DNA of 59,060 bases from an uncultured Deferribacteres bacterium (GTDB lineage Bacteria > Zhuqueibacterota > Zhuqueibacteria > Zhuqueibacterales > Geothermadaptataceae), in the NCBI GenBank assembly GCA_964014485.1, contig CAXHAT010000017.1, forward strand, positions 1 through 59,060. Direction: 5' to 3'. The notes beneath the pieces were generated by a model, which was not told the origin of the DNA, ran no database searches, and saw only the letters and a list, made by a program, of their open reading frames with translations. Below, piece by piece: positions 51,726 through 59,060 of the stretch (the stretch's first letter is position 1; every line of letters starts with the position of its first letter). The position numbers and the translations under genes are program-made.

Positions 51726-51767
51726 AAAGATGAGTCGTCCATGTTCCATTTTCAACTCGACGATGCT

Positions 51768-53510
51768 TTACTGTTCTAATTCTTTTCTGATTTCTTCTTG
51801 CAAAATTCTATGAAAATCGGCGTTTTCCAGGCGATTCGTTTTTACTTCAATTATCGTGTGGTTCCCCGATTTTTGCGCATCCAGGTACGCTTTCGTAAAT
51901 TCACTCATCGTCTCCGGTAAAAAATATTCCAGCCCAAACATTTGCGCGGCATTTTCAAAATGCAAACCGTGAGGCGTACCAAAGCATTTTTCGAAATGAT
52001 TCTTGAACTGCGCAACGGGCAGGAAAGAAAAGATGCCGCCGCCATCGTTGTTCACCACGACGATCAGCATTCTTGGAATTGATGAGTCAAGCAGAGCGAG
52101 AGAATTAAGATCGTGGAGAAAAGTTAAATCCCCGCAAAATAGCGTCACTGGCTTGCCCAGTCCTTTTGCAAAACCAATAGCTGATGCGATGTTGCCGTCA
52201 ATGCCGCTGGCTCCGCGATTAACGCCAATTCTTACCGATGGGCCGCTTGGAGATGCAAACATATCCATATCTCGCACCGGCATGCTGTTGCCCAGAAAAA
52301 GCCCTGAATCGGGAAGAATGTTTTGAGAAATACTACGTGCAATTCCCGGTTCGGAGATATTGTCGCGCTGCTGTAGAAATCGGTCAATGCATTCATGAAC
52401 TCGCCGCGAATAATTGAAAAGGTTCGCAGAAAAACTGTTTTGAGACTTATTCTCTTCGATTCGGCAGCTTTGCACAAATGTCTCAGTCGAGCAGAAAAAC
52501 CGTTGCGTTACACGATGCGAAGGATCGTCCCGATTGTCGTGCCCAGCAACAAAAATGTATTCGCTAAAGTCAATTTTTTCAATAAACTGCAACAGCCGTT
52601 TGGAAACGATTCTCCCGCCAAATTGTAGAATGATTTCCGGCTGTATTTGCTCCGAAACTTGGTCGGACAGCAAAATCTGATCATAATAATGGACAACCTG
52701 TTTCTCGCTCGTGCCGATTCTCAATCCTGAAGCAATATCTGGAAAAATCGGCCACATCAACCGCTCGGCTAATTTCACAATGGCCTTTACGCCAGCCTCT
52801 TCAACTTGCTTGCCTACTACGATCATTCCACGTTTATTAGCCACGATTGACATCGCGTTTTTGTGCGGATCAAGTAGACTCAGTTCAATAGTTTCATGAC
52901 GTGTGTACGGCGCTCGACTGCGTCTCCATTTGTGGATAGACGGGCTGGCTGTTTTATGATCAAATTTCTCATCAACCGGCGCAAGCGGCTCGCGGAACAT
53001 GAAATTTAGATGAACAGGGCCGTTTTTCGCCCGATGTACGGCGTGATCAATCGTTGTAAGCACAGTTTCCAATGGAATCTTTTCGTCCGGGCACGGAAAA
53101 TCGAATGCCCACCGTACGTACTCTCCAAAAATTGCAGGTTGACGAATCGTTTGGTTCGCCCCTGTTTCTCGAAGCTCAGGAGGTCGATCTGCGCTGAAAA
53201 TGAGCATGGGAATATTGTCAGTGGCGGCTTCAACCACGGCTGGAAAGTAATTCGCGAGGGCAGAACCGGAAGTGCAGATCAAAACGCCCGGAAGACCGGT
53301 CGCGCGGGCATAGCCAAGAGCGTGAAATGCAGCTCCCCTTTCGTCTAAACAAATGTGAATTTGAGAATTTGGGTGTTGGGCTGCGGCAAGCGTTAAGGGC
53401 GTTGAGCGTGAACCGGGCGAAATGCTAAAATGATTGACCTTATGACGGCAAAGCTCTTCAATAATTGTGGAAGTCCAGAGATAATTCAGGTTCGGCGCAT
53501 GAGAATTCAT
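51768..53510 (-). CDS. menD: SEPHCHC synthase
   Basis: SPGSRSTPL, DERGAAF, ADRPPEL, NRGASGIDG, GDLTFLHD, NNDGGGIF. Confidence 0.97.
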   Translation of the reverse strand: MNSHAPNLNYLWTSTIIEELCRHKVNHFSISPGSRSTPLTLAAAQHPNSQIHICLDERGAAFHALGYARATGLPGVLICTSGSALANYFPAVVEAATDNIPMLIFSADRPPELRETGANQTIRQPAIFGEYVRWAFDFPCPDEKIPLETVLTTIDHAVHRAKNGPVHLNFMFREPLAPVDEKFDHKTASPSIHKWRRSRAPYTRHETIELSLLDPHKNAMSIVANKRGMIVVGKQVEEAGVKAIVKLAERLMWPIFPDIASGLRIGTSEKQVVHYYDQILLSDQVSEQIQPEIILQFGGRIVSKRLLQFIEKIDFSEYIFVAGHDNRDDPSHRVTQRFFCSTETFVQSCRIEENKSQNSFSANLFNYSRRVHECIDRFLQQRDNISEPGIARSISQNILPDSGLFLGNSMPVRDMDMFASPSGPSVRIGVNRGASGIDGNIASAIGFAKGLGKPVTLFCGDLTFLHDLNSLALLDSSIPRMLIVVVNNDGGGIFSFLPVAQFKNHFEKCFGTPHGLHFENAAQMFGLEYFLPETMSEFTKAYLDAQKSGNHTIIEVKTNRLENADFHRILQEEIRKELEQ

Positions 53511-54913
53511 ACGGACATTGTGGCGTTCACAAAACAGTTCATTTTGTTTTCAATTTCTGACCATTCAGCGGCTGAATTTGAACCTGCGACAATCCCGGCT
53601 CCCGCAAAAAGCGACAGTTTGTTTTTTTGCGCAAGCCCCGACCGAATCCCCACCGCGAATTCCGCCGCATCTTTCGCGACCCAGCCCACGGGAGCGGCAA
53701 ACAAGCCGCGATCAAAAGGCTCAATCTCCTGGATAAGATTCAATGCAGTCTGTTTTGGGAAACCGCCAACCGCCGGCGTTGGATGTAACGACGCAATGAT
53801 TTCCCCATCGTTGACCTTTTCTTGCAACACCCCTTGCATACGGCAAAGCAGATGCTGCACACGACTGAGTTGAAGCACATCGAATTGATCATCGATGTCT
53901 GTGGTCGAACAAAACGTTTGAAGATTATTCTGAATTTCATCGACGACAAACCTGTGTTCCCGGAGGTCTTTCTCAGAATTCAAAAGCTGAGCTTTCAATT
54001 CGGCGTCTTCGGATAAGGTTGCGCCGCGAGGGCGCGTTCCAGCCAACGCTTCGGTTTTTATCAGTGAATGTTGACGGCTGTATAGCCGCTCTGGCGAAGC
54101 TCCCAGAAAAGCGTTGTGCTCATTCAACTGGAAGCAGAAATGGAATGCCGCAGGAGATGATGATTTCAGTCGTTTAAGAATGGAAAGCGGCGTGAGGTTA
54201 TGAGAAAAATGGAAATCAGTTTTTCTTGACAAAACGACTTTTTTCAACAAACTCTTTTCGAACGATTCTAAAGCAGCCGAGACGTTTTCTTGCCATGTCG
54301 CGAATCCCGGTAAGTCTCGTCGCGACAATGGCGTCAATAATTCGCTGAGCCGGGCTTGCGGATCCGGGTTTAAAGATTCTAAAATATCAAAGGTGCGGTA
54401 AATTGACGCCGAGTTCAGAAAAAAAATGCAGGCAAGAAATACCCCGCGGGAATTTCTATACAGCTCTACACTGGGCAAAATAAACCTTGAAACGCCAAAC
54501 GGTTGCCATTCTTCCGCCAAGCAATTTTCATGAAATATAACGTGACCGTAATACCGTATCGGCAGGGTTGAGCGCTTTAACCGAATATCCAGTTTCCTAA
54601 AAACGTCAGCACGAGCTGCAGTTTTGATTTGATCGGAAATTTCGATGCCAGCAACTTCAAATTCACCATCCCGACCGCGCCAATAGACTTTCGACTCGAA
54701 TGGCTGATTCTCGAGCCAGCCCAAAATTTCAACATCAGAGACTTGCACTTCGATTCTTTTTAGCGTTCTTCCAGTCGATAGTGGGTTGTCAGCATCAATA
54801 GTTGGAAGGACGTTGATCAATTGATTTTGCAAGGCTGCGTAAGCCTTCCGTAACGTTTCGCAATACTCAATCTCTGAGCGAGTTTCATCAAGCGAAAGGG
54901 TATTGTAGGCCAT
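53507..54913 (-). CDS. menF: Isochorismate synthase
   Basis: KVVLSR, GASPERL, ALAGT, EHRFV, LHPTPAVGG, FAGAGIV; overlaps the menD start. Confidence 0.93.
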   Translation of the reverse strand: MAYNTLSLDETRSEIEYCETLRKAYAALQNQLINVLPTIDADNPLSTGRTLKRIEVQVSDVEILGWLENQPFESKVYWRGRDGEFEVAGIEISDQIKTAARADVFRKLDIRLKRSTLPIRYYGHVIFHENCLAEEWQPFGVSRFILPSVELYRNSRGVFLACIFFLNSASIYRTFDILESLNPDPQARLSELLTPLSRRDLPGFATWQENVSAALESFEKSLLKKVVLSRKTDFHFSHNLTPLSILKRLKSSSPAAFHFCFQLNEHNAFLGASPERLYSRQHSLIKTEALAGTRPRGATLSEDAELKAQLLNSEKDLREHRFVVDEIQNNLQTFCSTTDIDDQFDVLQLSRVQHLLCRMQGVLQEKVNDGEIIASLHPTPAVGGFPKQTALNLIQEIEPFDRGLFAAPVGWVAKDAAEFAVGIRSGLAQKNKLSLFAGAGIVAGSNSAAEWSEIENKMNCFVNATMSV

Positions 54914-55125
54914 AAGTTGGTATCAAGCTAAAGACCAAGGGTTGTCGTTTTTGGCGTAAATATATTAACAAAAACGGAAAAAGCAAGATAAGTCAAACTG
55001 TTTTTTGAACGCGTTCAATCGCAATGCGTGAGTTACCGGACGAGTTTGACAGCCGCTTGCTCAATAGTTTGGAAGAAAAATAGAAGGTGAGTTTTTGCTT
55101 CGCACCAGGCGAAACCAAAATGTGT

Positions 55126-56247
55126 TTATTTCGGCTGATACTCGAATGGCAGCATGTCCGCAACACGTTCCCAAGCCCAGTAGCCGTGTTTATTAATTGG
55201 TGAAGAACTGTGATAACGACCATAGGGCCCGATCTTCACGACGTTCCCGGGGATTTCGATCCATGATTCTTGAAATCGCGCTTGTCTCTGCGTGATTTTA
55301 TGAAAACTGATATAGCCTTGTGACTCGTATTCTTTTTCGTAAATGACGCCCAAGTAGCCCGTGAAACTTAACAAGATTTCATCATCTCTCTCCCCCGGCT
55401 TGAGGTACAAGTTGATGTTCGTTTTGTTATTTGTCCGTCTGCTTTCACGCTCCCACGAGTGCTGGAACGCATAAACGTCAAAGCCTTCTCGTTTAAGCGC
55501 CTTGCCCATGTCGCCGTTCATGCCTTCATGAATCGTCGCAAGAAAATGGCGCAGGGAGCCGCGCCACGCATTTAAACGATTCTTCCGCCAAGACTTTGCC
55601 TCCTTAGTTGACTTGGCCTCCAATTCTTGAAATCTCACAAACCCTTTGTATCGCAGATTCTCCTTGCTGGCCCTGAAGTCTTTTAAGAAAAAGTCGATTC
55701 TGTACCCGAGAGCACGATTTTCTATATGAATCGGGCCTTCGGCGAAAACGCGAAATTCGCCGTCCACTTCGCCTTCCAGCAACAATGCGTCCGGGTTCAA
55801 AACATGCATTTTTGAGGCAAATTTTGTATTGCTGAATAACAGGCGCTTAAACCGATCGAACCTGGAATCTCGTTTTGCCAAATCGGATGCTTTGACGACG
55901 ACCTCCGGGGCGTCAAGAATGCGAGGCTCTAAGCTCAAGAGAATTTGTTGATCCGCTGGCTGTGGAACGACGATTTCAATCTTTTCAACTTCGTAGCCAA
56001 TGACCGAAGCGACCAACTCAAAAGTCCCCGACGGAACGTGCTCCAATTTGAACACTCCGTCCCGATCGGAAGCGTCGCCAATCATCGAATTTGCGATGAA
56101 CACATTCGCGTCAGCAAGAGGCTTTTTTGTTCTTTGGTCAATTATTTTGCCTGTGACTGTGTAATCTTCTGCGGCCAGCGCACTGCGAACAGCGGTACAG
56201 ATCAAACAAAAGAGCGTCAGTGTAAGAAAAACGTTTTTTTGCAACAT
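55126..56247 (-). CDS. Secreted protein with carboxypeptidase-regulatory-like N-terminal domain
   Basis: VTGKIID..TKKPLADANVFI, ASVIGYE, ENRALGY, DMLPFEY. Confidence 0.8.
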   Translation of the reverse strand: MLQKNVFLTLTLFCLICTAVRSALAAEDYTVTGKIIDQRTKKPLADANVFIANSMIGDASDRDGVFKLEHVPSGTFELVASVIGYEVEKIEIVVPQPADQQILLSLEPRILDAPEVVVKASDLAKRDSRFDRFKRLLFSNTKFASKMHVLNPDALLLEGEVDGEFRVFAEGPIHIENRALGYRIDFFLKDFRASKENLRYKGFVRFQELEAKSTKEAKSWRKNRLNAWRGSLRHFLATIHEGMNGDMGKALKREGFDVYAFQHSWERESRRTNNKTNINLYLKPGERDDEILLSFTGYLGVIYEKEYESQGYISFHKITQRQARFQESWIEIPGNVVKIGPYGRYHSSSPINKHGYWAWERVADMLPFEYQPK

Positions 56248-56259
56248 CTTTCTGCCAGC

Positions 56260-56724
56260 CTAATTCTTTTCCGGCGGAGCGGTTTTGCCTTTGTTATTCC
56301 ATTTCCACACCACGAAGGTCAGCGGCTTGTCACCGGTGTTTTTGATTCCGTGAATGTCCCACGGCGCGGCATAGAGCATGTCCCCTTTTGTAGCCTTGAA
56401 ATCCTTGCCGTTTACATGCCACTCTCCCTCACCTTCCGTAACCATCAAGTATTCTTCTTCTGCATGGCGATGCGGTGGATGAATTTCCTGACCTGGCTTT
56501 ATCACTGCAACGCCAGTTAAAACGTCCTTCGTACCAAACGTTTCGCCAGAGAAATAAGTATGAAAATCGCCCCACTCAGCGCTATCCTTATTAGCGTTTT
56601 CAAATGTGACAACGCCCGTTTTGGCCATGCCGCTTTGTAAGTTTGCGAAAATAGCACCGGTCAGAACACCAAACAGAAGCGCAAAACCGATGAGAAATTT
56701 GAGAACTTTAGAATTATTAAGCAT
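56260..56724 (-). CDS. Cupin domain protein, exported
   Basis: HPPHRHAEEE, GDMLYAAPWDIHGIKN. Confidence 0.88.
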   Translation of the reverse strand: MLNNSKVLKFLIGFALLFGVLTGAIFANLQSGMAKTGVVTFENANKDSAEWGDFHTYFSGETFGTKDVLTGVAVIKPGQEIHPPHRHAEEEYLMVTEGEGEWHVNGKDFKATKGDMLYAAPWDIHGIKNTGDKPLTFVVWKWNNKGKTAPPEKN

Positions 56725-56741
56725 AGATTTATCGAGGTTGC

Positions 56742-56771
56742 GGCGGTAAGCTCAGAAGCGAGCTTACCGCC
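56742..56771. terminator. Hairpin (terminator or REP-like)
   Basis: GGCGGTAAGCTC-AGAAGC-GAGCTTACCGCC; no clear U tract. Confidence 0.4.
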
Positions 56772-56788
56772 ATGAAGATTAAATGATT

Positions 56789-58240
56789 TTACAAAGACCA
56801 GCCGTCGCGATACTCGCGTTTCACGTATTGGTTAGCCTCTGGTACGTTAGTAACTTCCATTTTTACGCCGTCCCATTGCAGACGTTTTCCGGCGCCGCGA
56901 ACAGCAAGATTGCCCATTAAAACGATCTCGGAAAGCGGGCCGGACACTTCAAAATTAGAGCATGCCGGCGTGCCGGTCTTGATCGATTCGATGAAATCTG
57001 TGTAAATGCTTTCCACTCTCGGAATCGTCTTCTCCGGCCGCGTGTACGCCTTCATCGCGGTTTCGGGAATAATGCGCGGATTGTTGCCGTAAGTGCCGCA
57101 CAAAAGCTTTCCCTTACTGCCGATCATCAAAACGCCGCTGCCGTCTCCCATGCGCCGCCCGTCTTCTAACTCTTTGGGACGCGGCGGGGTCAAGCCGCCT
57201 TCATACCAATAGAGATCGACTGCAGACAAGCCTTCACGTGCAGGAAATTCATAGTGAACAGTCGAACCGACAGGGCCGGTTTCATCGTTAAAAGGCGTTG
57301 CGCTAGCGTAGACGCTAGACGGATGAGTCAAATTCAAAGCCCAGACCGGCGTATCGAGAATGTGGCATCCCATATCGCCCAAAGCGCCAGTGCCGAAGTC
57401 CCAAAAGCCTCGCCAATTGAACGGTACGTATGCAGGATGATAGGGTCGCCACGGCGCAGGGCCCAGCCACTTATCCCAATCCAAAGCCGGCGGAACTGAT
57501 GGAATAGACTCCGGGCGACCAACGCCTTGCGGCCAGTAGCCCCAGGGTCTGTTCGTCCAGGCATGTACTTCCTTCACCTCTCCAATAGCGCCGTCCCGAA
57601 TCCATTCAACAACCAGCCGGTTGCCCTCGCCTGCGCGTCCTTGATTGCCCATTTGCGTCATGACGCCCGCTTTGCGTGCCGCCAAAGTCAGTTGGCGCGC
57701 CTCCCAAACGTCGTGAGTGAGCGGCTTTTGGCAATAAACATGCTTCTTCTCTTTAATGCCGGCCATTGCCGCAAACGCATGGAGATTGTCCGTTGTGGCA
57801 ATAGAAATGGCGTCAATGTCTTTATGCTTGTCGAGCATCTCATAAAAATCAGTGAAAGCATCACAGCCTTTGTAGCTATTCTTTTTGCCGTTAGTCGCGG
57901 CCTTTGCATAGTGTTCGTTGACAAGCTGTTGCGCAGGTTCCCAGCCCTTAAAGCCGCCAAAGTAAAACTTGCTGTAATCGCATTTTTTGTACACGTCACA
58001 AACAGCCACGACCTGCACATCTTCATTTTGCAAAAAATTCGACATATCAAACGTGCCTTGCCCTCCAACGCCGATCATTGCGAGGTTAACCTTTTTGCTC
58101 GGCGCGACAAAGCCCGGCCCGCCTAAAACGTGACGCGGTACAATCGTGAATGCTGCCGCAGCAGCGCCGGTTGCGCCCAGAAAATGACGACGTGTCATAG
58201 CATTTTCAGGCGGCTTGTTTTGCTTCTCCCTCTTGCTCAT
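56789..58240 (-). CDS. Tat-exported Gfo/Idh/MocA oxidoreductase
   Basis: TRRHFL, IGVGGQG, YCQKPL, TQMGNQ, GALGDMGCH. Confidence 0.93.
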   Translation of the reverse strand: MSKREKQNKPPENAMTRRHFLGATGAAAAAFTIVPRHVLGGPGFVAPSKKVNLAMIGVGGQGTFDMSNFLQNEDVQVVAVCDVYKKCDYSKFYFGGFKGWEPAQQLVNEHYAKAATNGKKNSYKGCDAFTDFYEMLDKHKDIDAISIATTDNLHAFAAMAGIKEKKHVYCQKPLTHDVWEARQLTLAARKAGVMTQMGNQGRAGEGNRLVVEWIRDGAIGEVKEVHAWTNRPWGYWPQGVGRPESIPSVPPALDWDKWLGPAPWRPYHPAYVPFNWRGFWDFGTGALGDMGCHILDTPVWALNLTHPSSVYASATPFNDETGPVGSTVHYEFPAREGLSAVDLYWYEGGLTPPRPKELEDGRRMGDGSGVLMIGSKGKLLCGTYGNNPRIIPETAMKAYTRPEKTIPRVESIYTDFIESIKTGTPACSNFEVSGPLSEIVLMGNLAVRGAGKRLQWDGVKMEVTNVPEANQYVKREYRDGWSL

Positions 58241-58395
58241 CTTGGCGTTCTCCAAAAATTCGTTAATTCCTAAAATTGGATAAGTTTTTCTGTGAATTGA
58301 TAATAGTTTTCGCAAGTTATATTTGCAAATCATTTGGCGCGATTAAAACGTTTAAACTGACTCTTCGCATTTAGCTAAAGTTCAGCAACGCTTGA

Positions 58396-58417
58396 AGGAG
58401 TGCAAGGCTTGCCTTGC
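58396..58417. repeat. Single GGAG-type REP
   Basis: AGGAGTGCAAGGCTTGCCTTGC, identical to the left arm at 3196. Confidence 0.75.
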
Positions 58418-58449
58418 GATTCTCCCATCGGCGAAATTCACTTCTTATC

Positions 58450-59014
58450 ATGAACCAAACATTCCCGATACTTGAATTCGACCCATCCCGTGACGCAATC
58501 ATCAACCCTGAGCGCGTCAGCAAAAAAGTTGACGTCCCGGAGCATTGCGTCATCTGTTTCTTTCAAGAAGTTATTTCCAAACTCGTTCAAGATAAACTTG
58601 CCGTGCGCGTCGCACGTCAATTCACGGAAATTGGCGCTCACCCCGTTTATAAAATCGCCAATAAAGGAAAACCGTTCGCTCTTTTTCACCCCGGAGTGAC
58701 CGCGCCAATGTGCGCTGCATTGCTTGAAGAAGTGATCGCGCGCGGCTGCAAAAAATTCATCGTCTGCGGCAGCGCGGGCGTTTTGGATTCGAGCATCGCG
58801 ATGGGAAAACTCATCGTTCCAGACGCTGCGATACGTGACGAAGGGACGTCCTACCACTACATTCCCCCCGCTCGAGAAATTTCTGCAAACGCCGAAGCCG
58901 TCGCTGCAATTGAAGCGACGCTGAAAGCTCGGAACATCGATTATCTGCGAGCAAAAACCTGGACAACGGATGGTATTTTCCGCGAAACGCCGGACAAGAT
59001 CAAGATGAGAAAAG
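58450..59014 (+). CDS. Nucleoside phosphorylase (PNP/UDP family), 3' truncated; absent from the ORF track
   Basis: Hand translation: MNQTFPILEFD...CGSAGVL...AIRDEGTSYHY...TWTTDGIFRET; no stop before the adapter. Confidence 0.88.
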
Positions 59015-59060
59015 CTGTCTCTTATACACATCTGACGCTGCCGACGAGCTTCTTGGTGTA
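59015..59060 (+). other. Nextera sequencing adapter contamination
   Basis: CTGTCTCTTATACACATCT-GACGCTGCCGACGA, 8-nt index GCTTCTTG, then GTGTA. Confidence 0.98.

Noticed and set aside
58438..59031. 197-aa minus-strand ORF starting MCIRDS
   Set aside because: Start lies in the Nextera adapter; antisense to the phosphorylase
59015..59033. Natural Tn5/IS50 end
   Set aside because: It is the synthetic mosaic end followed by adapter and index

Overview
Bacterial chromosomal contig end, probably metagenomic. The two T9SS/FlgD-like C-terminal sorting domains and the gene content suggest an FCB-related lineage such as KSB1 or Calditrichota (inference). It carries about 33 genes: housekeeping (lepA-lepB-hemW, menF-menD), secreted hydrolases, transporters and glycosylation genes. 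I found no tRNA, rRNA, CRISPR array or intact transposase. The most unusual stretch is 15.7-20.6 kb. There, an NLR-like SEFIR/TIR-STAND NTPase-TPR gene (candidate anti-phage sensor) is split by a 133-bp MITE with a TTA target duplication, frameshifted inside a second C/G hairpin insert, and abuts a 3 x 216-bp tandem amplification of a REP doublet plus the neighbouring gene's 3' end. Several REP classes (GGAG-, GTAG- and CGTC-type) occur, some nested inside terminal-inverted-repeat shells. Also present: an uncharacterised two-gene pair (8.5-11.2 kb), a compositionally mosaic 1472-aa secreted lipase-like protein, two gene remnants and a nucleoside phosphorylase gene missing from the ORF track. 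The last 46 bp are Nextera adapter. No new system can be proven from sequence alone; candidates are ranked in the findings.
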